This document shows, piece after piece, positions 26,401 through 35,915 of a stretch of 38,893 bases of DNA (positions within the stretch are counted from its first letter, which is position 1; every line of letters begins with the position of its first letter). This stretch comes from Nanobdellati archaeon (lineage in GTDB: Archaea; Nanobdellota; Nanobdellia; Woesearchaeales; JAADFO01), in assembly GCA_013152815.1 (NCBI GenBank), contig JAADFO010000026.1, positions 1-38,893 of the forward strand, written 5' to 3'. A program made the translations under genes and the position numbers. The notes below the pieces were generated by a model. That model had not been told where the DNA came from. It saw only the letters and a program-made list of their open reading frames with translations, and ran no database searches.

Positions 26401-27133
26401 CGTCATGCTGCTGCTCGACGGGTTCCTCAATTTCTCTGCTCAGTACCTCCCGGACAAGCGGGGAGCCAAGACCATGGACGCCCCTCTTGTGCTCACCAAA
26501 CGGCTGGTCCCGTCAGAGGTCGATGATATGGTGCACGGCATGGATGTGGCCGCATCCTATCCTCTCGAACTCTATCATGCCGCAGAGCAGCTGAAATATC
26601 CCTGGGATGTTGACGTGGACCAGCTGGGGAAGCATCTTGCCGAACCCCGGCAGTATGAAGGCATGCATTTCACCCATCCCGTATCTTCCCTGAATATGGG
26701 CGTGACCTGTTCCGCTTACAAGACCCTGCCGTCCATGGAGGACAAGCTCAGAGGTCAGATGAAGCTCGCGACACGCATACGCGCCGTAGAGGCAAAGGGC
26801 GTAGCGACCCTGGTCATCGAGAAGCATTTCCTCAAGGACATCAAAGGGAATCTCAGGAAATTTTCACAGCAGCAGTTCCGTTGTGTCAACTGCAACCAGA
26901 AATACCGGCGACCGCCGCTTAAGGGCATTTGCCTTTCCTGCGGCGGCAGGATAATCTTCACGGTCTCTGAAGGCAGTGTGGTGAAGTATCTGGAACCCAG
27001 CATCAGTCTCGCCGAAAAATATGGCGTCTCTCCCTATCTGAAACAGACCCTGGAACTTACCCGGAGGAGGATAGAGGACAATTTCGGCAGGGACCAGGAA
27101 AAGCAGACAGGGCTGGGCAAGTGGTTCGGCTGA
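23447..27133 (+). CDS. polC: DNA polymerase D large subunit DP2 (no intein)
   Basis: AGPIRGAGGT, GGFRLRYGR, GARMGRPEKA, KDGT.RYD, GLAPH.SAG, catalytic RRDCDGDE, C-terminal CVNC...CLSC. Confidence 0.97.
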   Translation: MNDARRETEDTMTKQTQSTPASPEMEAYFQGMDIEVNKLYALAGKARAQGFDPEDKVSIFLAENMAQRVEGLLSIAYPQLKGTGLNRRIEELEKKYGALAWEVALVIAEEVAKEKFCSFTDRKEALEAGIRAGFAYHTVGIVSAPLEGFIELRIKRRKDGKEYLALSFAGPIRGAGGTGASVCVLIGDYLRGIMGFAAYDPGEDEINRFIIELDDYHERITNLQYHPSPEELGFLVSHLAVEIDGEPSERIEVSNYKDLPRVETNKIRSGVCLVLSMLALKAPKLRKRLKKWGADFHLDWDFLHDFLIIQKKAKAGSGTTQGNSESPRLSPNYTYIADLVAGRPVLSNPMEPGGFRLRYGRTRATGFSAAAIHPGTAHLFYDYIATGTQLKVERPGKAAAITFCDAIEGPIVKLFDGSVVKITSEDQARRLAMKVKEILFLGDILFSYGDFSENGHLLIPAGYNQEWFVKDFEKGIVDLFGSLDLEKAAAHLRIPFAHLLRLQKRPLVTRLSLFAAVRFASALNIPLHPDFLFHWNAISLKSLATLLDAFAADASAGEPGGVLSYDPLHHRYVMKTSGDVKRILELMGVPHGVDENLASLLLGRDTLHSLLIALGLVELADLEMSGSEEEILRRVGPLAERRLRVLDAIIKDKEKKDTKTFSLVEQWSTIRLKDKSGTFIGARMGRPEKAKQRKMTGSPHTLFPVGEEGGRLRSFQAAMASGKVTADFPWYVSETGEEELFKHNAETGKRNEQRFITDDGRLLPKKEAEKYGNCASFSRRAININQLFRKTLKQLGMSVYPDLIKGVRGTANKDHIPEHLAKGILRAKNNIFVNKDGTTRYDMSEVPLTHFKPREIGTSIERLKGIGYTHDVDGKTLVSDDQVIELKPQDLVLPGGKSTDESADQVLFKVGGFIDDLLVKLYGLPPYYRFRTKKDLVGTLVIGLAPHISAGLIGRIIGFSKTQGCFAHPLWHAGLRRDCDGDEACVMLLLDGFLNFSAQYLPDKRGAKTMDAPLVLTKRLVPSEVDDMVHGMDVAASYPLELYHAAEQLKYPWDVDVDQLGKHLAEPRQYEGMHFTHPVSSLNMGVTCSAYKTLPSMEDKLRGQMKLATRIRAVEAKGVATLVIEKHFLKDIKGNLRKFSQQQFRCVNCNQKYRRPPLKGICLSCGGRIIFTVSEGSVVKYLEPSISLAEKYGVSPYLKQTLELTRRRIEDNFGRDQEKQTGLGKWFG

Positions 27134-27149
27134 AGCGGCGCCTTTCAGG

Positions 27150-27443
27150 TCACAGGAAATAGACCTGTACGAAGGGAACACCCTCTGCCTTCTTTACGCT
27201 TCCTTCTTCCACCAGCCCCTCTGCGACAAGGAGACCGACGCTCTCTCTGCCCACAGCGTTGATGCAGAGACACGATCTCAGGATGTTCGGGAGCTTGGCA
27301 GGGTCTGCCGGTCTGCCTGCATAGAATGATGAACCAAGGTCGAGCAGGACATCTTTCTCTCTGAGTGTCCTGCCAAGTAATGCTTTGTCGCAGATGGCCA
27401 CGAGCTTCCTGCCGTCTTTCGTGTGCTCTTTAAGAAATATCAT
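27150..27443 (-). CDS. DUF424 family protein
   Basis: LVAICDKALLG, FY.G, INAVG..SV, GVP; lies beside aIF-2beta as is common in archaea; start moved to ATG 27443. Confidence 0.85.
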   Translation of the reverse strand: MIFLKEHTKDGRKLVAICDKALLGRTLREKDVLLDLGSSFYAGRPADPAKLPNILRSCLCINAVGRESVGLLVAEGLVEEGSVKKAEGVPFVQVYFL

Positions 27444-27502
27444 GTTTGCTGCTCTTGGCTGTGTCTTTCGTCTTCCCGGCGGAACGAGGGATGTCGCGTT
27501 CC

Positions 27503-27910
27503 TCAGAGACGCTTCCTGATAGGGGACACCGCTCCGCATGCCTGGCATTTCAGGGTGTGTCGGGTTTTCTCTTTCACGATCCTGGTATCGGGGCGGTTGC
27601 AGACAGGACAGAACACGAATGCATACGCATAGTCTTCTATCTTCTGGTTGATCCGTGTGGCTGGGACTTTTGAACCGATGATGGCTGCGTTCTTCTTGAG
27701 GTCTCCGGGTGTCGCAAGTTCCTTGAGCACGAACTTCAGCAGGTGGGCGGGTTCCCGGTGGAGCGCGGAGGCTATCTGGTAAAAGTTGCTGATGACAGTC
27801 CTGACCCCCTGGATGTGGCCACGGACGCGCGGGATCTCAAAACGTTCGTTTGAAACGGTCTTTTCAGGGGACTTCTCTCTTGCTCTGTTCAGGAGTTCAG
27901 CATAATCCAT
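27503..27910 (-). CDS. eif2b: Translation initiation factor aIF-2 beta subunit
   Basis: MDYAELL.RA, ERFEIP, T.I.NF, KELAT.G, CPVC..PDT, CQACGA; TTTATAAAT about 25 nt upstream. Confidence 0.95.
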   Translation of the reverse strand: MDYAELLNRAREKSPEKTVSNERFEIPRVRGHIQGVRTVISNFYQIASALHREPAHLLKFVLKELATPGDLKKNAAIIGSKVPATRINQKIEDYAYAFVFCPVCNRPDTRIVKEKTRHTLKCQACGAVSPIRKRL

Positions 27911-28064
27911 CTGCCAGGTGAACAGTCCACCATTTATAAATCTTATTCGCACAGGACCGATACTCCGGGGTTTCCCGGGAAGTGGTGGTGTGGTGGGATA
28001 AGGGGAGGGATGGGGTGAGTTCGCAGCGAAACATTTATATTCGCCCCGGCCAACGATATCGTCG

Positions 28065-28895
28065 ATGGGAAAACACCATCATGCCCGAAGGGGAGCCACA
28101 CGGACCCATCTCACCCTGAAAGAGCTCAGAGCAAGCTATTTTTCGCGCTTGAACCAGTTAGGGAACGATCGTGAAGCGCTGCTGAAGCTCATCAAGGAGT
28201 TCTTCGTCGACTATTTCGATCTCAAGATACAGATCAGCTTTGACGACCTCCCCGCCATCATCGCCCGGCGGCAGCTGCCTCGGGACATCAAAGAGAAGAT
28301 TGTCAGGTTCACTGAATATCTCATCGAGACAGAATATAGCCCCGCTAACCACGTGGCTTCTTTCTCGGCAGTGGAGGAACGCTTCCGGAAGGTCATCTTC
28401 TTGATCACCATGCGCTCTGAACAGGCTTCCGGGTCAGGGCTCAGGCCTCTGAAGGCAGTCACGCGGCGCTATCTCAGTCCCCTACGGAAGATATATCATC
28501 ATTTCTTCCTTCCTGAAGAGGCAAGCCACGAGCTCAAACGTTTCCTGTTCTTGCAGAAGAAGTGTCTCGGCTTCGCAAAGAGCAAGCAGTATGGCCTTGC
28601 GAAGAAGGAATATGCTGCTGTCCTCCGGCATTATCAGAAGCTTGTTCCTGCAGCACAGGAGACCGCCTATCGGCATCTGCAGGAAGCCCACCGGGCAGTC
28701 CTTCTGAGCATACCGCACGAAGCCCACCTGCAGAAACTCTTGGACAAGGTACCCGCCCGGATCACGGCGAAGAACCGCGAGTCCTGGCGAAGCAGATATT
28801 CCGAGATGGTCAAGCATTACCAATATGTGGAGGAAAGCAAGAAGGAGCGATACTATGATCGGCTGCAGCGTCTCCGAAAAGTCTTAGCATCTTGA
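28065..28895 (+). CDS. Soluble helical hypothetical protein resembling the cytoplasmic tail of 33159..35894
   Basis: 276-aa ORF with TTTATAT box about 25 nt upstream; by-eye similarity to the C-terminus of the 911-aa surface protein. Confidence 0.7.
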   Translation: MGKHHHARRGATRTHLTLKELRASYFSRLNQLGNDREALLKLIKEFFVDYFDLKIQISFDDLPAIIARRQLPRDIKEKIVRFTEYLIETEYSPANHVASFSAVEERFRKVIFLITMRSEQASGSGLRPLKAVTRRYLSPLRKIYHHFFLPEEASHELKRFLFLQKKCLGFAKSKQYGLAKKEYAAVLRHYQKLVPAAQETAYRHLQEAHRAVLLSIPHEAHLQKLLDKVPARITAKNRESWRSRYSEMVKHYQYVEESKKERYYDRLQRLRKVLAS

Positions 28896-28995
28896 ATCTG
28901 GTTTCTCATCACTGCTCTCGCTCTTCTGGACGTTCCCCTGTCGAACATGACGGACGGGCCGCGGGTCATGCTCCTTTCCCTCTGGCAGGGAAGCG

Positions 28996-31900
28996 CTAGC
29001 CGAAAAGGTCATGGAAGAACATCAGCAGGTTCTTCCAGATGCGGGTGAAGAATGCCCCCATGGTCCCGATGATGCCTTCTTTCTTCAACGGGTATTCCAC
29101 ATTGATGTCTTTCTGGTTGATGAGGTATTTGCAGCCCTGGAGCGCCTCGTCGATAAGCTGGCCGGCGGTGCGGAACCGGTTCTCTCCCACTGCCTGTTTT
29201 GCTCGGGAGAGCAGTTCATTGAGCTCGAGGCATTCAGGATTGCTCGCGAAGAGATCCCGGGTGAGCGCTATCCGGGTGTTGAGCTGGCTCCTGTTCTCTT
29301 CTCCCAGCTCCAGGCTGCTCACCAGTATCTTGAGCCGGTCGGTGTATTTCGGTCGGGTGACCCGTCCTTCGATGGTGACCTCGTAGTTTCCGTAATCACG
29401 ATGGGACCCGATGGTCAGGTTGAGGTCCCTCCGTTGGCCTGGTTTCAGTTCGCCGATATTCTCTGGAAAGAATGAGAAGTTGAGGGTCTGGTTGCCGGCC
29501 ACAGCGATGAACGAGATATTATGGAATGTCTTGTTGTCGTGGTTCTCGATGTAGAGCGGTACCTGCATGGTCTGGTTCTCGAAGATGGTGATGACTCCTG
29601 GATTGAGGATCTCCAGCGAGAAATATTTTGTCCTGTTGGATGTCTGGTTGACGAGCTTGGTCTTGGTGATGGTGATGTAGGATGCCCCTCCCGAACTCCC
29701 CCCTCCTGTCGAGCTGGTGGATGAGGTGCTCTCGGGGATGTCTATGAACGTGAGACTGATGTTATTGCTGTAGACGGTCCTGTTCCATGGATCGGTCGCG
29801 CTGAACCGCACCTCTGCTGTCTTTGGACCGTCTGCATAGATGCGGGCGATGTTCGTGCCGGCCTCTATGGCGACCGATATGCTTGCAGGAGCCGAATAAT
29901 TGTAGGTGAGGTTGTCGTCTCCGTCAAGGTCTGAGAAATAATCGTCCAGGTCGACCCAGAGAGTGGTAGTCTTCTCGTTGGCCTCGAAATCATCGATGAT
30001 ATAGTGGATGTTGGCCTGGCTGATGTTCGGGCTCTGCGAGGAATCGTTGGTCGACAGCAAGACCTTGAACTGGAGATATTCCTGTTTTGCTGCGCGGACG
30101 AGGTATCTGCTGTCGTTGTTTTGGGCTCTTGGGGAGATGTTCCATGAAGAGAAGCTGCTCCCGTCTGCAGATGTCCGGACATAAAAGGTGATGTTGGTTC
30201 CGTTGGGCATCCGGCTGCTGACGTCGATCTCGGTGATGTTGAGGTATCCTGCGTCTTCCCTGAGATCGAACGTGGTCGTGTTATACGTGCCTGACATGGC
30301 GAAGCTTCCGTTGTAGAAGAGCCGGAGCCGTGACCCTGACTGTTCGGTGCTGTTGAAATCACCACCTGCCCAGCTGCTGACGTTGACGATGCCGAAACGA
30401 GGGGGCCTGTTGAGGTTGGTGATGTTGACGGTCCATGACGTGCTCGTGTTGTGGACCCCGTCGCTTACCAGGACCGACATGTTCTTTATCCCTGCGGAGG
30501 CGAAGTCGGGTGTATAATTGAACTGGTACTGGTTGCTGATGTTCGTCCCGTCGACGCTCCATATATAGGTCAACGGCTGGCTCTCCGGATCCTGGGCGGT
30601 CACGTTGAAGAGCTGGCTGCTGTTCTCCTGGAGGGTGACTGTCTGTCCGGCGGGGTAGCGGGCATTGATGGTCGGGGGGTTGTTGTTGAACACGATCCGG
30701 AACCGGATGATCTTGGTGATGGTGGTGGTGCCGTCGCTGAGGTTGAAGAGGATGGAGTGGTTGCCGATATCTGCGCTTTGCGGCGTGAAATTGACGAGGA
30801 CAGTGGAATAGTTCACCGGGGTCAGGTTGAAGAGGCTGCTGTTGGTTCCGAACGCCAGACTGTTGTTCTCCTCGTCGCTTCCGCTGATGTACCAGGTGAA
30901 ATTGCTGTTCTCGAAGGTCGTCTGGTTGGTGATGTTCGGATTGAAGTAGGGCGGGTCGTTCACCTCGATGACGGTGAGCATGAAGATGGCCTCATCGGTC
31001 CCGTTCCAACCGTCGCTGATGTTGATGCGCAGGGTATGGTTGCCAACGTTTGTATAGTCTGGGGTGAAGTTGATGATCGCCTGCTCATGCCCCCGAGGTT
31101 CGATGGTGAAGAAGGAGGCGTTCAGCGAGAAGCCGACCGAATCATTGTCCGTGTCGTTGGCCCGGAAGACATGGACATAGTTCTGGTCTTCCGTTGCGGT
31201 GAGGTTGGTGATGTTCAGGAGCAGGGGGCGGGAGTTGTTGAGGATGCTGAAGGTGAACACTTCGATGTCCGAGAGAAGGCCGTCGCTCACGTTGATGATG
31301 ATGCTGTGGTTGCCCAGGTCGGCCTGGCCTGGCGTGAAGTTGATCAGCGCGCTGGTCGAGGAGACAGCAGTCAGGTTGAACATCGTCGTGTTGGTGGTGA
31401 AACTCAGGACGTCGTCGTCAGCATCGCTGGCGGTGATGAGCAAGGTGAACAGGTTGTCTGCCCGCCACTCCTGGTCTCCGATGCTCGCCAGGACCGGGGG
31501 ATTGTTGATGTCTGCTATGGAGAAGATGATGTCGGTATAGTTCGTCGCCCCCCAGCTGTCGTTCGCGGTTATCCTGACCGTGTGGTTTCCCACCATGCTG
31601 TTGTCCGGGGTGAACGAGATCCGGCCGGCGGTGGCATTGAACGTGCTGATGTTGAACAGCGTGCTGTTGTCGGTGAAGGCCAGGGAATCATTGTCGCTGT
31701 CCTGGGCCGTCACATCCATGGTGAACGCCGAGTTCTCGGTGAGGTTCTGGGTGCTGTAGCTGGTGATCGTGGGGGCATGGTTCCTCCGGATGGTGAGGTT
31801 CATGATGCTCGACACGTTGAACTCTCCGTCTCCGACGGTTATGTTGATGGAATAGGTGCCGTTCTGGCCCTCTGCAGGGGTGAAGCTGATGAGGCCCGAT

Positions 31901-33162
31901 CCGGAAACGTCGAAAAGGGTCGTATTATCGTAGTAGAACAGGCTCTGCGTGTCATTGTCCGACGCGTTCACCTGATAGCTGAACAGGCCGTGTTCTGCCC
32001 CTGTGTGGTTGCCGATGGTCTGGATGATCGGAGGGTCATTGACATTGGTGACGTTGAGGATGACCGTGTTGCTGTCCGTCTGGTTCCTGCCGTCGCTCAT
32101 GGTGAAGATGATGGCTTCGGTGCCGTACCAGTTCTTGTCGGGCGCGAACGTGACCGAGAAGTCGGCTTCGTCGATGAAAACATGGACCGACGAGTTCCCT
32201 GTTACGGTGAAGCTGATGTTGTCCTTGTTGCTTCCGCTGCATTCGAGGTTGTCGGCATCATAGAAATGGTCGGTGAGATTGAAGATGTTTGTGAGGTTGG
32301 TGTCCTCTGCCCAGGTGTAGTTGTCGATGGAGGTGTTGAGCACCGGGACGCGGTTGGTGTTGTTCACGCTGATGTTCCAGGTCTTGCTGTCGGTCGCGTT
32401 GTACTCGTCGGAGACGATGAGCGTGACATTGTGGTTTCCTGCATCGCAGAATCCGGGGGTGTACTGCCAGGTGCTGTTCATGGTGATGAGCGTGCCGTCG
32501 AAGGTGTAGGTGTTGCTGAGGCTGTCCACCGGAGGGTTGTGGATAAGGTCATCGTCGCTCGCATTGTAGTCAAAGTTGAACCCCAGGCTGTTGTTCTCGC
32601 TGATGCTGGGGGTGGGGATGGCAGGCGACCATCCGGTGATGTTCGGCGGATCGTTCGTGTTGGTGATGTTGAAGGTGATGAACTGTGAGCTGCCTTCGAA
32701 GGGGGTTCCGGAATCCTGGACAACGATGTTGATGGTGACCACCTGCTGTGCGTCATCATTGCGGGGCGTGAAGTTGATCAGCGCATAGGTGTCGTTATAG
32801 TTCTCCATGTGGAACACCGGCAGCAAGGAAGCCGAGTTGTCCGAGAAATTCAGAGGATATTCTGCATCTGCATCATAGCCGTGCACCAGGTATTCGAAGC
32901 GGGCATCCTCTGCGATGGTGAAATTGGACGGCAGGTCTATGAATACAGGGTTGCTGGCCAGAGCGATGGGCGCCGAGACGAGCAGAACACCTAGAAAGAA
33001 CAATGCGAGAGCCAGATTCCCGCGCCCTTTGGGAAAATTTGCCGGTTCCATGCTTGTCTGTGACCTCTTCCTTTCTTTTCTACACGTCGGGGGTTTTAAT
33101 GCTTTTCTGTGGTTTCCCTGGCATCCCTGCTTCCGCTGTCGCCGGTTGAAGGTTCCTTTCAC
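28996..33162 (-). CDS. Large secreted/surface glycoprotein with tandem cadherin-like/Ig repeats
   Basis: Signal peptide LALALFFLGVLLVSAPIALA; repeated ~95-aa units (N.PP...E...A.D.D.D.L.F...I.FTP...GN....I.VSDG); very many N-x-S/T sequons; S/T/G linker. True start may be the later MEPANF. Confidence 0.88.
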   Translation of the reverse strand: MKGTFNRRQRKQGCQGNHRKALKPPTCRKERKRSQTSMEPANFPKGRGNLALALFFLGVLLVSAPIALASNPVFIDLPSNFTIAEDARFEYLVHGYDADAEYPLNFSDNSASLLPVFHMENYNDTYALINFTPRNDDAQQVVTINIVVQDSGTPFEGSSQFITFNITNTNDPPNITGWSPAIPTPSISENNSLGFNFDYNASDDDLIHNPPVDSLSNTYTFDGTLITMNSTWQYTPGFCDAGNHNVTLIVSDEYNATDSKTWNISVNNTNRVPVLNTSIDNYTWAEDTNLTNIFNLTDHFYDADNLECSGSNKDNISFTVTGNSSVHVFIDEADFSVTFAPDKNWYGTEAIIFTMSDGRNQTDSNTVILNVTNVNDPPIIQTIGNHTGAEHGLFSYQVNASDNDTQSLFYYDNTTLFDVSGSGLISFTPAEGQNGTYSINITVGDGEFNVSSIMNLTIRRNHAPTITSYSTQNLTENSAFTMDVTAQDSDNDSLAFTDNSTLFNISTFNATAGRISFTPDNSMVGNHTVRITANDSWGATNYTDIIFSIADINNPPVLASIGDQEWRADNLFTLLITASDADDDVLSFTTNTTMFNLTAVSSTSALINFTPGQADLGNHSIIINVSDGLLSDIEVFTFSILNNSRPLLLNITNLTATEDQNYVHVFRANDTDNDSVGFSLNASFFTIEPRGHEQAIINFTPDYTNVGNHTLRINISDGWNGTDEAIFMLTVIEVNDPPYFNPNITNQTTFENSNFTWYISGSDEENNSLAFGTNSSLFNLTPVNYSTVLVNFTPQSADIGNHSILFNLSDGTTTITKIIRFRIVFNNNPPTINARYPAGQTVTLQENSSQLFNVTAQDPESQPLTYIWSVDGTNISNQYQFNYTPDFASAGIKNMSVLVSDGVHNTSTSWTVNITNLNRPPRFGIVNVSSWAGGDFNSTEQSGSRLRLFYNGSFAMSGTYNTTTFDLREDAGYLNITEIDVSSRMPNGTNITFYVRTSADGSSFSSWNISPRAQNNDSRYLVRAAKQEYLQFKVLLSTNDSSQSPNISQANIHYIIDDFEANEKTTTLWVDLDDYFSDLDGDDNLTYNYSAPASISVAIEAGTNIARIYADGPKTAEVRFSATDPWNRTVYSNNISLTFIDIPESTSSTSSTGGGSSGGASYITITKTKLVNQTSNRTKYFSLEILNPGVITIFENQTMQVPLYIENHDNKTFHNISFIAVAGNQTLNFSFFPENIGELKPGQRRDLNLTIGSHRDYGNYEVTIEGRVTRPKYTDRLKILVSSLELGEENRSQLNTRIALTRDLFASNPECLELNELLSRAKQAVGENRFRTAGQLIDEALQGCKYLINQKDINVEYPLKKEGIIGTMGAFFTRIWKNLLMFFHDLFG

Positions 33163-35894
33163 TCTTTGCCCGCCTCTTTCGCTTCCCGGACGCCTTTGAT
33201 GATGCTTCCGTGGATCCTCTTTATCTGCTGATAGATCCCGGTCTTGTCTCTTTCGCTGAGCACGTGATAGACTCCCAGCAGCTCCTTATATGCTTCGGCC
33301 GCCTGCTGTATCTTCCCTGCCCGCAACGCCCGTCTCACTTTTCCGAGGAGCATGTTGGCGTTTCCTTTGGTTATCGTGCTGGAAAGGGTCCCCTGCTGTT
33401 CTGCCATGGTGCTGACCAGCTGCTTCGCTTCTCCGAGGATTCTTTCCAGGTGTTCCTGGGCAAGGCCCTCTTCAGAGAAGCGGAGGGTCTCCAGCAGCCT
33501 GAAGAAGCGCTGGATCTTCTGGGCGAGCGCCCCCGGAACCCTGTGGTTCTCCAATTCTTTCCCGAGCTCATCAGGGGTGAAAGCATAGTCGATACCGAGC
33601 ATCAAGGAGACGTATTCCCTCATCTCGGTGACCAGCTGTTCGATGGTCTCGTGGGAGGTGACTGCGGTGATGTGGTCATGGAGCGTTTCGAGCTTGCTGA
33701 AGACAGACTCCACAATATCCTCCGGCTTCCTCGCTTTTGGGGTCATGAGATAATGGACATAGCTCTCGACTTTGTAGGTCGCCCAGCCGTATCCCTGCCG
33801 GAGTTTCTTCCTGGCGATGAAGAGGAGTATCGGCAGCAGCAGGAGAGCGAGGATGGCCCACATGCCCGGGCCACTGCTTCCGAACGGTGCCTCAAGGAAC
33901 GGCCTTTCTGAACACGCTTGGCATGGTCCGCCGCAGTCGATTCCGGTCTCTTCCTGGTTCTGTATGCCGTCTTCGCAGGTGGGGCACGCTTGGCATGGTC
34001 CGCCGCAGTCGATTCCGGTCTCTTCCTGGTTCTGTATGCCATCTGTGCAGCTTGGGCATATGTCGGGGCATGGTCCGCCGCAGTCGATTCCGGTCTCTTC
34101 CTGGTTCTGTATGCCGTCTTCGCAGGTGGGGCAGGGTCCGCAGTGTCCGCCGCAGTCGACGCCGGTCTCCCGCCCGTTCTTGATGTGGTCATAACAGGTG
34201 GGTATGTACGTGCAGTTCTTCTGCGTCGGTGGTTTGTTCACGTCGGTCTGGCAGTCGGTGAGATCGACGCAGGAACGGCTCTTGCTTCCTGAAGGAAAAC
34301 AGTCTGTCCAGTCCTGACAGACCCAATACTCCTCGCATCTGCTGTGGGGTACGCTTCCTCCTCCTGCTCCTCCTCCTGCTCCCTGGGTGGGTTCTGGTTC
34401 ATCTACTGCCTGGACGGTCAGATAGATCAGGTTGGTGGGCGCCGAGTCACCGCTCGGGTCGACGGCAGAATAGATGATGTTCCTGTTGCCGTTGAAATCC
34501 TTCTCAGGCGTGAGGGTGACGACATGGGTGGTGGCGTCGATCTGCACACCGATATTGGCCACCAGCGTCGAATTATAGGTGAGGTTGTCTCCGTCGGGGT
34601 CCATGAAATAGTTGTCCAGGTCCCGCCCGGTGAGGACCGTATCCTCCGGCCAGGTCTCGTTGGGAAGCGTATGGATGAGCACCGGCCGCCGGTTGGTGAT
34701 GGTCACGTTGTCGATGGCACTGATGGAATAGTAATCGCTGCGGTTACAGGTCACGTTCCAGAGATAGGTTCCCGGTCGGGGGATGATGGTCGTATAGGTA
34801 AAAGCTGAGGCGTTCGGGTCGTAGGTCATGTTCTTCTCGATGACGATGTCATGGGGGCCGTAGAGACGTTCCACACAGCTGCCGTCCGTGATGTCTGTCT
34901 CGTTGCCATAGTGGTAATCTGCATAGAAGGTCACGTTCTGGACATTGTAACGGGTGTAGGTGTCCGTGGTGTCGCTCAGGTCTATGTACGCGCTGTCCAG
35001 GACGTAATAATCGGTGAAATGGGCGACGATGACGGTCACGTTTCCGGAACTGTTGACATTTCCGTTATAGGCGGGTGCATCACAGATGTTGGCGGGGCAC
35101 GGCTTTCCCGAGGTGAACATCTTCGGCTGTCTCATGGTCAGGTTGTAGAAGGTCAATGTTGCCCATTTGCTCAGACGGGGAAGCCGGGTCTCGTTGAGAT
35201 AGATGAAAGCATGGGCGATGGTGATATGGCTGTCCAGGTCATAGGTGTTCACGTTGCTCTGGGTGGTGTCGTATCGGATGAGGCCGCGGTCCGGTATGCC
35301 CAGGCGAAGGTCGGTGATGTTATCCCAGCAGGCGAAGAGAGACAGGTTGGTGGAAAGGCTGTTCTTGAACTGCTCCCATGAGGGTTCGATGCAATCGCTG
35401 ATCAGCATGTTTGCCAGGATGTCGGTGCCGCTGTTGCTGCAGCCCGTCTGGTCGTCGACGGTGAACAGGATGCTGTAGTTGCCGAGATCGCCGACAGTCG
35501 GGTTGATGTCCACCCATCCTGATCGGTTCACGTCAAAGAGGGTCGTGTTGTCGTAGTAGGCCAGAGGATTCCCCTCGGGATCTGTCGCATTGATGAAACA
35601 GCTGATGTTCTCTGTATAGAGATAGGTGCCGCTGCAGTTCTCGCTCCCTGTCGGAGGGTGGTTGACGCAGAGGGACACGTCTCCGGTGGCAAGTCCTGTG
35701 GGCGTCCCCTTTATGGGTTCGCTGAAGGTGATGAGATAATAGTTGGTGCTGGTGGAGATGAGGATGAGCAGCAGTGCCAGGGTGGCGATGATGTTGTTGG
35801 AGAGCCTTCGCGCTATCTTTTTCTGCTTCTCTTTCTTCGGTCTTTTCAGCGCCTTCAACGGGCGCATCGTGTGTTGATTATCAACTTCCTTCAT
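33159..35894 (-). CDS. Surface protein: N-terminal anchor, Ig/cadherin-like domains, TSP1-like motif, four Cys-rich repeats, TM helix, cytoplasmic helical tail
   Basis: TM then PTGLATG; DPEG/DPDGD loops; CEEYWVCQDWTDC..GSKSRSCVD; four C.DGIQNQEETGIDCGGPC-type repeats; TM WAILALLLLPILLFIA. Confidence 0.88.
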   Translation of the reverse strand: MKEVDNQHTMRPLKALKRPKKEKQKKIARRLSNNIIATLALLLILISTSTNYYLITFSEPIKGTPTGLATGDVSLCVNHPPTGSENCSGTYLYTENISCFINATDPEGNPLAYYDNTTLFDVNRSGWVDINPTVGDLGNYSILFTVDDQTGCSNSGTDILANMLISDCIEPSWEQFKNSLSTNLSLFACWDNITDLRLGIPDRGLIRYDTTQSNVNTYDLDSHITIAHAFIYLNETRLPRLSKWATLTFYNLTMRQPKMFTSGKPCPANICDAPAYNGNVNSSGNVTVIVAHFTDYYVLDSAYIDLSDTTDTYTRYNVQNVTFYADYHYGNETDITDGSCVERLYGPHDIVIEKNMTYDPNASAFTYTTIIPRPGTYLWNVTCNRSDYYSISAIDNVTITNRRPVLIHTLPNETWPEDTVLTGRDLDNYFMDPDGDNLTYNSTLVANIGVQIDATTHVVTLTPEKDFNGNRNIIYSAVDPSGDSAPTNLIYLTVQAVDEPEPTQGAGGGAGGGSVPHSRCEEYWVCQDWTDCFPSGSKSRSCVDLTDCQTDVNKPPTQKNCTYIPTCYDHIKNGRETGVDCGGHCGPCPTCEDGIQNQEETGIDCGGPCPDICPSCTDGIQNQEETGIDCGGPCQACPTCEDGIQNQEETGIDCGGPCQACSERPFLEAPFGSSGPGMWAILALLLLPILLFIARKKLRQGYGWATYKVESYVHYLMTPKARKPEDIVESVFSKLETLHDHITAVTSHETIEQLVTEMREYVSLMLGIDYAFTPDELGKELENHRVPGALAQKIQRFFRLLETLRFSEEGLAQEHLERILGEAKQLVSTMAEQQGTLSSTITKGNANMLLGKVRRALRAGKIQQAAEAYKELLGVYHVLSERDKTGIYQQIKRIHGSIIKGVREAKEAGKE
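33913..34202. repeat. Four in-frame tandem 72-75 bp coding repeats
   Basis: The core ggcatggtccgccgcagtcgattccggtctcttcctggttctgtatgcc is identical in three units; the fourth is diverged. Confidence 0.92.
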
Positions 35895-35915
35895 CTTATT
35901 GCTCTTTGCTGTTGA

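Noticed and set aside
20684..27133. Inteins in Cdc6 or DP2
   Set aside because: Lengths are normal, the RRDCDGDE region is uninterrupted, and no splicing or LAGLIDADG motifs are visible.
30451..32688. 745-aa plus-strand ORF (also 5426..6610 +, 1072..1959 +, 22321..23502 -, 23438..24358 -)
   Set aside because: Antisense shadows of well-supported genes; no motifs, and expected from codon bias at this GC content.
33913..34202. Possible CRISPR array
   Set aside because: Units are in-frame coding repeats, the intervening parts are not unique spacers, and there are no cas genes.
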